Source of the DNA: Minisyncoccota bacterium
GTDB taxonomy: Bacteria > Patescibacteriota > Minisyncoccia > Phycocordibacterales > JACOZG01
NCBI GenBank assembly: GCA_020057185.1
Contig: JAGVGK010000045.1
Coordinates: 1-46,594, forward strand
Reading direction: 5' to 3'
DNA: 46,594 nucleotides
A program made the translations under genes and the position numbers. The notes beneath the pieces were generated by a model. It ran no database searches. It had not been told where the DNA came from and saw only the letters and a program-made list of their open reading frames with translations. This document shows, piece after piece, positions 26,832 through 36,183 of the stretch (within the stretch, counting starts at the first letter, position 1; the number at the start of each line of letters is the position of its first letter).

Positions 26832-27479
26832 ATGAGAATTAATCGTTATCTGGCACTCAAAAAATACGCCACCCGTCGCGGGGCGGATAAGTTGATCGAG
26901 GTGGGGTTGGTAACGATCAACGGCCGGGTGGCGAAAATCGGTGAGACGGTCACCGAAACTGATTGGGTGGAAGTGAGGCAAGCGAAAAAACCGAAAACTT
27001 ACACTTATCTCGCCTATCACAAACCGTGTGGTGAAGTGACCAGTTCACCACTGCCCGGACTCTTCCCCATCGGCCGACTCGACAAAGATTCCAGTGGTTT
27101 GCTTCTCCTCACTGACGATGGCCGAATCACTGATCGCCTCCTCAATCCCGAGCATACTCACGAGAAAGAATATGTCGTGACCGCGAGAGAACCATTGCGC
27201 TCAAACTTCGCTCGACAAATGTCGGGCGGGGTTCTCATCGGTGATTACACAACCCGACCCTGCCAAGTGGAAACAATTAACGATTACACTTTCCGAATTA
27301 TTTTAACCGAGGGCAAAAAACATCAAATCAGACAAATGTGTTCGGCGCTAAGCGTGACGGTCACCGATCTAACTCGCACGCGCATTATGAATCTTCGACT
27401 CGGTCACCTTACCGCGGGCACCCATCGTCCCCTCACCGCGCCGGAATTATCCACCCTTCTCAAAAGTCTCGGGTTGTGA
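26832..27479 (+). CDS. RsuA/RluB/RluF-family pseudouridine synthase
   Basis: S4 domain MRINRYLA, IGRLDKDSSGLLLLT, LTEGKKHQIR. Confidence 0.93.
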   Translation: MRINRYLALKKYATRRGADKLIEVGLVTINGRVAKIGETVTETDWVEVRQAKKPKTYTYLAYHKPCGEVTSSPLPGLFPIGRLDKDSSGLLLLTDDGRITDRLLNPEHTHEKEYVVTAREPLRSNFARQMSGGVLIGDYTTRPCQVETINDYTFRIILTEGKKHQIRQMCSALSVTVTDLTRTRIMNLRLGHLTAGTHRPLTAPELSTLLKSLGL

Positions 27480-27489
27480 GTAAAAACAT

Positions 27490-27693
27490 TTAAAATCCGT
27501 TAAGCGCGTTAGTATAATTGCTCAAGAACGACGGGATGACAAAAGCCAGAGCAATTAATGGCAGAACCAAACCAAGAATCGTCACCCAGATAATGACGAG
27601 AAAATATTTTCGTGTTTTCTCTACTGACCGATAAATCGTGTCCAGTTTGATCTCTTGTTCCGCCAACTTTTTTTGTATTTCTTGATCCATCAC
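27490..27693 (-). CDS. small single-TM hypothetical protein
   Basis: Coiled N-terminus plus one TM; TATAAT just upstream of the start. Confidence 0.75.
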   Translation of the reverse strand: MMDQEIQKKLAEQEIKLDTIYRSVEKTRKYFLVIIWVTILGLVLPLIALAFVIPSFLSNYTNALNGF

Positions 27694-27711
27694 TAGATTA
27701 TAGCGCCTTTT

Positions 27712-28554
27712 CTAAGTTTTGGCTTTGAGTCGTTTTCGACTTTCCGATGTTTGCAGATAATTTTTTGGGGAAACCACACTTCGGCCAATTTCTTTTTCGG
27801 TTTGTTTTCGGGCATTGCCCGCCACCCTTCCCCCTCTCTCGGCCACTTGTTTATTTTTTACAAAAGTATCTGGCTTTTCTTGTTGCGAAATTTCAGTGGT
27901 CACCCGCTCGCCTAGCATATTGAAAATCAATTCCAAGTCATCCATATGGTCACGCAAATTTTGCCGTTTCAGTCCTTTCAGCTTTTTATATTCACTCGGA
28001 GTGACACCGAAGGTAGCTTTGGAAATTTCGGCGGTCAAAATTTCATATTCTTTTTGTTCTTTGACACCCCGTTTTTGCCATTCATCCGTTAATTCTTCAC
28101 GAATCACAATCCCGCGCATTCTTTTTTCTATCCAGCTTTCAGAATAACCCTTAAGTTTATAGAGCAGTTTGGTTCTTTTAGCAGCCAACTCTGGGTCTTC
28201 AATTTCTTGCACTCGTTCATAGCCGACCTTAGCCAACCAAAGTTTGAACGGTTCAGCTTTAGGGGATGGGATGGATTGGATAATGCGGAAAATACCTTCG
28301 GTGTTGGCGCAATCGGTTTCATAATTTTTGCCGTCAGAGGCCGGTAATTTCAGTTGGTGACAAAATGTCACCAACTCACTTCCCTCTTCTCTTAACCTTT
28401 GAACGAGCTTATTCCAATATTTTCTAGCCGTATAATCATTTTCTTGATCAGTTAATGCTTGGACCACATCCACCACCGAAAACCACCATTGGTTTTTATA
28501 AATAGTTTTTCTAATTTCCCTTCCCTTAAACAAAGTAATCTTTGTCGTTTCCAT
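27712..28554 (-). CDS. Bro-N domain (phage antirepressor-like) DNA-binding protein
   Basis: WWFSVVDVVQAL, RIIQSIPSPKAEPFKLWLA, NLRDHM motifs. Confidence 0.85.
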   Translation of the reverse strand: METTKITLFKGREIRKTIYKNQWWFSVVDVVQALTDQENDYTARKYWNKLVQRLREEGSELVTFCHQLKLPASDGKNYETDCANTEGIFRIIQSIPSPKAEPFKLWLAKVGYERVQEIEDPELAAKRTKLLYKLKGYSESWIEKRMRGIVIREELTDEWQKRGVKEQKEYEILTAEISKATFGVTPSEYKKLKGLKRQNLRDHMDDLELIFNMLGERVTTEISQQEKPDTFVKNKQVAERGGRVAGNARKQTEKEIGRSVVSPKNYLQTSESRKRLKAKT

Positions 28555-28583
28555 AACTAATTATAGCACTTTTTTGCCTTCCC

Positions 28584-30356
28584 CTACGCGAGGAAACCGC
28601 CAGCTTGAATCTCCCATAATTTTTTATACAAACCGCCGGTGTGAGACAACAACTCTTGATGCGTCCCGGTAGAAACAACCTGACCATCTTCCACCACCAC
28701 GATGCGATCCATTTTCATTATCGTCGAGAGACGATGAGCGATCACAATTACGGTTTTCCCTTCCATCAATTGTCGAAGCGCATCTTGAATCAAGGCTTCA
28801 GATTCCGAATCAAGGCTAGAGGTCGCTTCATCGAGTACAAGAATAGGGGCGTTCTTAAGAATCGCGCGTGCAATCGCCACTCGTTGACGTTCTCCGCCAG
28901 ATAATTTGACTCCCCGCTCGCCCACATAAGTGTTAAAGCCTTCCGGATATTGGCTAATAAATTCGTAGCAATGCGCTTTCTTCGCCGCCTCAATTACTTC
29001 CTCATCGGTCGCCCCGCGTTTGCCATATCTGATATTCTCCATCAGCGAGCGATGAAATAAAATTGGTTCTTGCGGGACTAACGAGATGGCCTCGCGCAAA
29101 CTCTCTTGAGTAACAGCCGAAATATTTTGCTGATCAACATAAACTCCCCCACTTTCCACATCAAAAAACCGAAAAAGTAATTTAATAATCGTCGTCTTGC
29201 CGGCGCCCGACGGACCGACTAAAGCCACCTTTTCTCGACTATTGATAAGCAAATTAAAATCTTTGAGCACCGCTCGAGTTTGGCGAAAACTGAAAATAAC
29301 CTCGCGAAATTCCACCTGCCCAAGACTCACCTTAAGCCTCGGCGCGTTTGGTTTATTGATAATCTCGTGCGGTCGATTCATTATCTCCACCATCTCAGTC
29401 GCATCAGCAAAAGCTTCATACATGTGACGAATAACCCCGCCCAGATTCCATAATTTATCAAAGGCATTAATTAAATAAGCTTGGATCAAAGCGAAATCAC
29501 CGATGGTAATCAAACCATCCCGCCAAAAAATAATCCCCAAATAAATAAGGACGATTTCGATGCCAATCATAAATAGACCTTGAATCATGTTGACCAACTC
29601 ATCGAGACGCCAAGTCGTCAGCCGTAGATGCATCAAGGAATCGACAACACACTGAAAAATTGAAAGCTCTTCTTTAATCCCCGTAAAAAGCTTGACCGTG
29701 GTGTCGTTAGTCACCGAGTCCGAAAGTACGCCGGTCATTTCTGAATCTTTTTCCGCCGTAAGAATGTTATATTTCAGTTTCCAGCGCGCGATAATAAACT
29801 GGATGGTCATTAGAATAATTACCCAAATCAGAAAAACTGCTCCTAACCAAAAACTGCGGTAAAAAAGAACGATCAAAATTCCGGTCAGAGAAACCACGAG
29901 GGGCAAGAGATCGTAGGTGACTCGATCAGCAAATTGTTCGAAGGCGCGGGAGAGACGGTTGATTTTACGCACCAATGATCCCGCAAAGTTATTTACAAAA
30001 AAAGTGTAAGAATGACCAAGTAGGTAAGTGAAGGCGGTTTGAGTTAAATCTCTCATCACCCGAGGTTGTAAATAAACATTAGCAAATTGCCCAATTCGCC
30101 GAGCGAGCCAGCTGATAAATTGTAAAATTAAAATCGAGAAAAGAATCGAGAAAAGGATCTCCGCCACCGCATTAGTCGGGACCGCCGCTGAAGCCAGAAC
30201 ATCGAAAAGACGCTTGTAATATAGCGGGATTATAATTCCCCCCACCGAGACGCTGGCGGTAAAAAATAAAGACAGAAACAACGCCAATTTATACCGCGCT
30301 GAATGACGCCAAAATATTTTCAGCACCGGCCTAATAACTAATTTTCTTTGACTCAT
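28584..30356 (-). CDS. ABC exporter, fused permease and ATPase
   Basis: N-terminal TM domain; GPSGAGKT, LSGGERQR, LDEATSSLD. Confidence 0.95.
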   Translation of the reverse strand: MSQRKLVIRPVLKIFWRHSARYKLALFLSLFFTASVSVGGIIIPLYYKRLFDVLASAAVPTNAVAEILFSILFSILILQFISWLARRIGQFANVYLQPRVMRDLTQTAFTYLLGHSYTFFVNNFAGSLVRKINRLSRAFEQFADRVTYDLLPLVVSLTGILIVLFYRSFWLGAVFLIWVIILMTIQFIIARWKLKYNILTAEKDSEMTGVLSDSVTNDTTVKLFTGIKEELSIFQCVVDSLMHLRLTTWRLDELVNMIQGLFMIGIEIVLIYLGIIFWRDGLITIGDFALIQAYLINAFDKLWNLGGVIRHMYEAFADATEMVEIMNRPHEIINKPNAPRLKVSLGQVEFREVIFSFRQTRAVLKDFNLLINSREKVALVGPSGAGKTTIIKLLFRFFDVESGGVYVDQQNISAVTQESLREAISLVPQEPILFHRSLMENIRYGKRGATDEEVIEAAKKAHCYEFISQYPEGFNTYVGERGVKLSGGERQRVAIARAILKNAPILVLDEATSSLDSESEALIQDALRQLMEGKTVIVIAHRLSTIMKMDRIVVVEDGQVVSTGTHQELLSHTGGLYKKLWEIQAGGFLA

Positions 30357-30375
30357 TTTTTGAAGTTATTAAAAA

Positions 30376-30942
30376 TTAACTAACCTGCCACGCCTTCAGC
30401 CAATCGAGGGGGTAGAGAAGCATCACGATATTGATCAGGAGATTATCACGAATAAAATACGCCAGCATTATTTCGAAAGTGATGATGAGTGCGATGGAGA
30501 GTGACACACGAATTCGCGACGCGAGGAAAAAACCAATCATCATCGCCAGAATATCGGAAACTGAATTGATGACACTATCGCCGAAATAATCGAGTGAGAT
30601 TGTCACTTCCCGATAACGGTTAATGATGAAATCAGAATTTTCAAGAATTTCCCAAGCCCCCTCAAGCGTGATCGCCATCAAGAGACGGAGTGGGACCGGC
30701 AAACGCGGAAACAGTAACTTGAATAGAAGATAGAAGGCAAAACCATGAACAATGTGAGTGAACGAATACCAATCCGAGAGGTGTTGAGAATTCTCGGAAC
30801 TAAAAACGACACCATGCCAAAGTCGGACAAATCCGCACTTACACCACGGCACTTGTCCCATCAAGTAGAGAATAAGAGCCGTTAGTGAAACTAGTCCAAT
30901 GCTGATCAATACATAGTATCGAGGTGAAATTCTTCGATCCAT
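30376..30942 (-). CDS. DUF2585 (UPF0314) membrane protein
   Basis: C.CG.V.LWHG...SSENSQHLSDWYSFTHIVHG, WEILENS, GDSVINS. Confidence 0.88.
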   Translation of the reverse strand: MDRRISPRYYVLISIGLVSLTALILYLMGQVPWCKCGFVRLWHGVVFSSENSQHLSDWYSFTHIVHGFAFYLLFKLLFPRLPVPLRLLMAITLEGAWEILENSDFIINRYREVTISLDYFGDSVINSVSDILAMMIGFFLASRIRVSLSIALIITFEIMLAYFIRDNLLINIVMLLYPLDWLKAWQVS

Positions 30943-30972
30943 TACTAAATCATAGCATTTCCTGACAAAATT

Positions 30973-31016
30973 AAAAAAATACCCCGCCGTGACTTAGTCA
31001 GAGGGCGGGGCTTTTT
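30973..31016 (-). terminator. intrinsic terminator after csrA
   Basis: ccccgcc...ggcgggg stem with tgact/agtca inner stem; A-run on the + strand. Confidence 0.7.
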
Positions 31017-31018
31017 AC

Positions 31019-31252
31019 TCAAGACGCGATCGGCGGAATCACAGATGAATCAGATGGTATGGATGGTACGGGAGATGATGCTTGCTGATTCTCGCACTTG
31101 ATCGCATCATAAACTTCTTTACGATGGACTTGGATATGTCGGGGAGCGTTGATACCGAGACGCACTTTGTCGCCTCTGATATCAACGATGGTAATTTCCA
31201 CATCATCCCCAATCATAATGGTCTCATCGCGTTGCCTTGAAAGAACTAACAC
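31019..31252 (-). CDS. csrA: carbon storage regulator CsrA/RsmA
   Basis: [48 protein letters not shown]; GTG start with AGAAAGGGG SD. Confidence 0.95.
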   Translation of the reverse strand: MLVLSRQRDETIMIGDDVEITIVDIRGDKVRLGINAPRHIQVHRKEVYDAIKCENQQASSPVPSIPSDSSVIPPIAS

Positions 31253-31334
31253 GGTTCACCCCTTTCTGGGATTCCATTCCCAAGAATTCCTAAGAACCAT
31301 CCTCTTTCGAAAGTAGCAAATAATCAATATTTTG

Positions 31335-32756
31335 TCAAAAATTTTTCCCTAAATCCAGTATTTCATCAATTCTGATTTGGGCGACAAATTCGGGCACATG
31401 CGAAACGAGAATCATTGCTCCTTGATATTTATCGAGCGCCGACGCGATTAACGGCAGGTGACGGAAGTTGATGTGGTTGGTTGGCTCGTCGAGAATGAGC
31501 AAACCGGGGCGTTCCAAAACCAGTCGCGCGAAAGCCACCAACCCTTTCTGCCCTTCCGAGAGACAGCCGATCTTACTCTTGATTACTTCACCATTAATCA
31601 AGAAGCCGGCGGCGATGCTCCGCATCGCCTGGTCACTCTTATCCGCCATCACCGCCATTAAAGATTCATAAACGGTGTCGTCGAAATTAAGGGTGGAAAA
31701 ATCTTGGCGATAATAACCAACTCTCACTCCCGTCGCGATCATCGCGCCTTTAGCTTTTCCGCGCACCACGGCTTCGAGTAAAGTACTCTTGCCAATACCA
31801 TTAGGTCCAGCGAGTAAAAGATGTTGCCCCCGCCGAAGTGAGACGCCAGAAATATTTATCACCTCACCGACCAAATCATCCTGAACCGGAATCGTGAACG
31901 GCCGAATCGTCTTGTCTTCTCGCCGAACATCCACTTGACTCTCCTCCATCTCGGCGGCATCGGCTCGCATCCGCTTGGCCAAGAGACGCAGACGACCACC
32001 CTTCATGGCGAAAAAGTTGGCCTTCTCCTTCTTGGCAATCGCCTCTTTCGCCAGCCGGGCATTCTGACTATTCTCCTTCGCCACCCGCGCCGCAATTTGC
32101 GTCACCACATCGAAATAATTACCGGCGTACGGCTCAATTTTCCGCGTGTAAATATCGAGATAGAGGACCGAGTCGGTAAATTTGTTTAAGAAATCGGCAT
32201 CATGCGAAATGACCATCACTGTTTTCGGATAATCAATCAAGAATTTGGTCAGATGAAGAATCCCCGCCCGATCAAGATTGTTGGTCGGCTCGTCGAGTAA
32301 GAGTAAATCAGGATCTTGGATTAAAGCCGAAGCCAGTAACAGTCGCCCCTGCTCACCTCCCGAAAAAGATTTCATCACTCGATCATGAACCTTCTTATGT
32401 TCTTTCAAATTCACCACCTCCAGCACGGCGTCAATGCGCGGATCAAGATCGTAAATTTTGGTGGCGAAACATTTTGCAAAAAATTCCCGCACCGTGAGCG
32501 TCAACTGTTCCCGAGGAATCACTTGACATGACAAAGCGATCGTCAAACCATTAACAACATTCACCTTACCCGATTCCGGTTTCAAACCGCCAGCGATGAG
32601 CTGGAAGACCGTGCTTTTACCGGCACCATTTTGCCCCATCAAGGTCACCTTCATCCCGCGCCGAACCGAGAAATTAACCTCGTCTAAAATGGGCTGATTC
32701 GCCCCGTGCTCGAAGGAAACATTCTCGAAAGAAATAATACTTTCCGCTTTTGCCAT
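31335..32756 (-). CDS. ABC-F family ATP-binding protein
   Basis: Two ABC domains (GQNGAGKST, GPNGIGKST), LDEPTN twice, no TM. Confidence 0.92.
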   Translation of the reverse strand: MAKAESIISFENVSFEHGANQPILDEVNFSVRRGMKVTLMGQNGAGKSTVFQLIAGGLKPESGKVNVVNGLTIALSCQVIPREQLTLTVREFFAKCFATKIYDLDPRIDAVLEVVNLKEHKKVHDRVMKSFSGGEQGRLLLASALIQDPDLLLLDEPTNNLDRAGILHLTKFLIDYPKTVMVISHDADFLNKFTDSVLYLDIYTRKIEPYAGNYFDVVTQIAARVAKENSQNARLAKEAIAKKEKANFFAMKGGRLRLLAKRMRADAAEMEESQVDVRREDKTIRPFTIPVQDDLVGEVINISGVSLRRGQHLLLAGPNGIGKSTLLEAVVRGKAKGAMIATGVRVGYYRQDFSTLNFDDTVYESLMAVMADKSDQAMRSIAAGFLINGEVIKSKIGCLSEGQKGLVAFARLVLERPGLLILDEPTNHINFRHLPLIASALDKYQGAMILVSHVPEFVAQIRIDEILDLGKNF

Positions 32757-32757
32757 A

Positions 32758-33042
32758 TTATATTTGTTGGAACGATTTTAAAAAACGGATAAAGGTTTTG
32801 CCGTAAGGAGACGAGGTATGTTCAACAAATTTACCACGATAATTTTTATTGATCAGCCCTGCTTGATGGAGCCGTCTGGTGTGCTCGCCAATTGTTTTTT
32901 CGTTAACTCGGAGCGTCTCCGTAATCTCTTCCAGGGTTATCCCCTCGCGTTTCGCGACCAAAAGCAGGATCTCAATCCGATGATGATTAGCAACACCCTT
33001 AAAATGCCTCTCCATTTGTTTGGCAGTTTTAATTTTCCCCAT
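32758..33042 (-). CDS. ArsR-like winged-helix regulator (ATG at 33042 preferred)
   Basis: FKGVANHHRIEILLL, HTRRLHQAGLI. Confidence 0.8.
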   Translation of the reverse strand: MGKIKTAKQMERHFKGVANHHRIEILLLVAKREGITLEEITETLRVNEKTIGEHTRRLHQAGLINKNYRGKFVEHTSSPYGKTFIRFLKSFQQI

Positions 33043-33130
33043 GTTTCCATTATACACGACAACCCAATATTCTCAAGTTTATAAGGATGTTATTTTGTAG
33101 AATTTGTAGAAAATAACAATTGGGAGGAAA

Positions 33131-33202
33131 TTAGCGAATCCCAGTATCACAAGTGATGTCGGCTGTGACGTAGCCACTCTGACCGACGACGACCTCTACC
33201 GG
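33131..33202 (-). pseudogene. out-of-frame C-terminal remnant (PVEVVVGQSGYVTADITCDTGIR*) of the upstream gene
   Basis: 24 open codons in a different frame, overlapping the stop of 33196-33660. Confidence 0.55.
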
Positions 33203-33660
33203 CGAATGCCGGAACTGATTGGCGGCGCAGTAACTCCGGCAAACATAATAGGAATCTCTAGCGCATCATCGTGTTCTGGCAAACCCGAGGGGTTGTCTTT
33301 TTTCAAAATCAGAAAACCGCGATTGCTATAGGTATTTTTATCTACCGTGAATGTAAGGGTCGCCTCAAACGGGACGAAGCCTGTCGTCATCCAGTCACCC
33401 TTGGCCTGCGCGATACCTTGGGCAATAATCAATCCATCCCAATTGGTAAGGACGACTGGAAAGCTCGCTTCAAAATACCAATTGCCCCGCGCTTCTCCCG
33501 TAATGGTAAGCGGACTCGAGATGGTCTGATTGAGGCGCGGAGAATCAACTCGGATAATCTTCGCTTGACCAGGTTGGTCGCTCGGTCTCGTTAGCTTCCA
33601 GGACACACCCAAAACCGCGATGACCAAAATGATAATAATTATCGGTAATGTTTTTTTCAT
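33196..33660 (-). CDS. exported Gmad2-like immunoglobulin-domain protein, probably truncated by an internal deletion
   Basis: Signal/TM; GEARGNWYFEASFPV, WMTTGFVPF, LKKDNPSGLP. Confidence 0.8.
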   Translation of the reverse strand: MKKTLPIIIIILVIAVLGVSWKLTRPSDQPGQAKIIRVDSPRLNQTISSPLTITGEARGNWYFEASFPVVLTNWDGLIIAQGIAQAKGDWMTTGFVPFEATLTFTVDKNTYSNRGFLILKKDNPSGLPEHDDALEIPIMFAGVTAPPISSGIRR

Positions 33661-33672
33661 AAAGATATTTTA

Positions 33673-34587
33673 TCATAATTTTGGCTGGTAGGTAGAAGTG
33701 AATTTAATTCTTTGTGATTCTGTTTTCTCTATTTTTTTATCTTTTATTGTGACCTTAAGCATGAGCCCCGATCGCGTGTCCGTCGAAAAATTCTGATCGA
33801 AAACGAAATTACCAAGACTATACGCGATGTAACCATCTTTGTATTTCTCCACTTCTTGCGCCACATGCGGATGATGACCAATCACCAAGTTAGCGCCGGC
33901 ATCGATCACGGCGTGCGCCAACGCTTCTTGCTTCTGATTATGTTTCGTCTCGTATTCATTCCCCCAATGGAACGACACGATGACCAGATCGGCGAGCGTT
34001 TTCGCTTTAGCAATATCTGGAATGATTTGTTTCAGATCCGAAAAGGCGACGGCCGGTTTCGAACTTTCTTTCATAATGCCTGCCGGCGCGAGATCGGTGT
34101 AAGCCAAGAACGCGACTTTAGTCCCCTTCACTTCTCTCACGAGTGGCTGGTGAGCTTCGGCGTAATCAATTCCCCCACCGATATAATCAATTCCATTATT
34201 TCTTAAAATATTTAAAGTGGCGTTGAAAGCGTCACGCCCATAATCCCAGAGGTGATTATTAGCCAGAGATAAAACATCGAAGCCCGCGCCAGTGAGACCG
34301 GCAACCGCACGCGGGTCGACGCGGAAAGAATAAATACTGCCAATCTTCACCCCCTTACTTGAGATCGGTCCCTCAAGATTGCCGATCAGCAAATCCGCTT
34401 CGGCTAAAGTGTCTTTGATTTCTAGAAACGGATACTGCCAATCATTCTTTTTCTCCATCAACCGCCCCACTCCGCGCGAGAGCATAATGTCGCCGACGAA
34501 AACGAGCGTGGCCGGTGGCGCAACTTTCTCGCTCTCGAAATTTACCACTGACCCAACCAGCATTAGCAAAAGCAAACCTAATTTCAT
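33673..34587 (-). CDS. CapA/PGA_cap metallophosphoesterase-family protein
   Basis: VGDIML, GNLEGP, LANNH, HWGNEY, GHHPHV, YSLGNF. Confidence 0.92.
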   Translation of the reverse strand: MKLGLLLLMLVGSVVNFESEKVAPPATLVFVGDIMLSRGVGRLMEKKNDWQYPFLEIKDTLAEADLLIGNLEGPISSKGVKIGSIYSFRVDPRAVAGLTGAGFDVLSLANNHLWDYGRDAFNATLNILRNNGIDYIGGGIDYAEAHQPLVREVKGTKVAFLAYTDLAPAGIMKESSKPAVAFSDLKQIIPDIAKAKTLADLVIVSFHWGNEYETKHNQKQEALAHAVIDAGANLVIGHHPHVAQEVEKYKDGYIAYSLGNFVFDQNFSTDTRSGLMLKVTIKDKKIEKTESQRIKFTSTYQPKL

Positions 34588-34595
34588 AAAAATCT

Positions 34596-35571
34596 TTAGC
34601 TAATATATTTTCGACTAAGCGAGATGGAGAAATAGCCTAAACCAATAAAAATGAAGCCAAGAATCACCAGTAAAATCGGCCAACTAATCGAATCGGCAAA
34701 ATGTTCATTCGTGATATAGATAAAGTGAGCAACCAAAAACAGCACGCTAATCAATAACACCAAACGACTCCGAATGACAAAAATCGCCAGCGCCATTCCG
34801 CCAATCGTTAGCCCGAAGAAGAGTAATTTCCAAAGATCAAACTCGAAAACACGAGTAAAAGCGGCAACAAAAAAACCAACGCTGCCCAGGAAATTAAGAA
34901 CGGAGACTAAATACCGATTCCATCCTGAACGCCAAGAGTAGGCGAGCAAAAGATAACTTAAACCCACGATCATTGTCAGATAAGCGTACAAATCCTGAAA
35001 CTGATAGAAAGCGCCACCAACCATGGACTCAACCAAGAGATAGATCAGAGCAGTGCCGTTGGCGAGGGCGAAAAAAGTGAGCACCACATTCCGGTGATAA
35101 AAATTAAGCAAAAGATAAAAAAGAAAAATGAAACCGAAAACAATCGTCACTGGCCAAAGCGAAATAAAATTGTAGTCGAATTCATAGAGGGTCACCAACG
35201 CGCCACCGGGAATGAGGAAGCCGGCCAGCCCATGCCAGACTTCCCCGAGATGGCTGGCCGACTTGGTGCGTAAAAAGAAAGAGCCAATTCCTGCTAAAAT
35301 TAAACCGAGAATCAAGGTGACGAAAATCCGCCCGCTGGCGCCGAGATCCTCCCAGATTTGCGCGATGAAAAAGATGAGCCCAAGCAAAGCGACCGCGCCA
35401 CCGAGGATATAAAATAATTTCGTGAGCGAAAAGCGGGATTCATTAAAGGTTCGACCTTTCCCCCCCCAAGGTCGAACCTTGACTAGGGAGCCGATTCACA
35501 ATCTCCTCCCGACTAATCTCACCGGTCAACACTTTAGCTGATAATTCTTGCAATAATTCTTGATTAGTCAT
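34596..35571 (-). pseudogene. DUF2157-like multi-TM membrane protein, frameshifted by one base at a G8 tract
   Basis: ATG 35571 gives 42 aa ending at TAA 35445-35443; removing one G from G8 (35460-35467) joins it in frame to ORF 34596-35387. Confidence 0.75.
35446..35480. repeat. perfect 13-bp inverted repeat (REP-like doublet) with a homopolymer loop
   Basis: aaggttcgacctt-tcccccccc-aaggtcgaacctt. Confidence 0.9.
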
Positions 35572-35586
35572 AATTATTTTGGATTA

Positions 35587-36156
35587 TTACATTTTTAATT
35601 CGCCCACGACCCAACCAATAAACTTGAAATTGTTATCCGAATAATAACGATCATTAGCGCCCAGCAAATCAAGCCGGTGACGCTTGCTCCCCTTGGTCAG
35701 ATAATAACCGTACTGGAACGACCCACCAAAGAAGGGAAAAAATTCCGAGCCACGGTTGTAACCATTATCGATCGAAACCCCGTCGGGTGAAGTGAGCAGT
35801 CCACTCAAACGCAAGCTTTCGGCTTCAGTAAAAGTAATCTCTCGACTCTCATTATTTTTCGTATCATGAACAAACAAACGGGGAAGATACCGGCCGTTTG
35901 CCAAAACGGCTGTTTGAGTCACCAGTCCCCCATTTTCCACTTGGTATAAACTATTGAGAAAAGCGTTACAATTTTGTGGATAATCTGGATAATACTGATA
36001 ATCGCCCGACCCATTATCACAAGTCGCATAGACGAAATTATATTGCGTCGAGAGGAAAACACCGGGCAGATAAACACTCACCGCCAATCCGATAATCAGC
36101 AGGATTGGCAACATAAAAGCCAAAATCACCACAATATTTTTCTTGATGAAGATCAT
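35587..36156 (-). CDS. membrane-anchored hypothetical protein
   Basis: N-terminal TM, YNFVYA, LTSPDG, FKFIGWV; tandem with the DUF2157-like gene. Confidence 0.8.
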   Translation of the reverse strand: MIFIKKNIVVILAFMLPILLIIGLAVSVYLPGVFLSTQYNFVYATCDNGSGDYQYYPDYPQNCNAFLNSLYQVENGGLVTQTAVLANGRYLPRLFVHDTKNNESREITFTEAESLRLSGLLTSPDGVSIDNGYNRGSEFFPFFGGSFQYGYYLTKGSKRHRLDLLGANDRYYSDNNFKFIGWVVGELKM

Positions 36157-36183
36157 CCTTTAATTTTATGCTAAAATCGAGTA

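Noticed and set aside
20347-28554. Prophage suggested by the toxin-antitoxin pair and the Bro-N gene
   Set aside because: No integrase, structural or replication genes; both are isolated among chromosomal genes.
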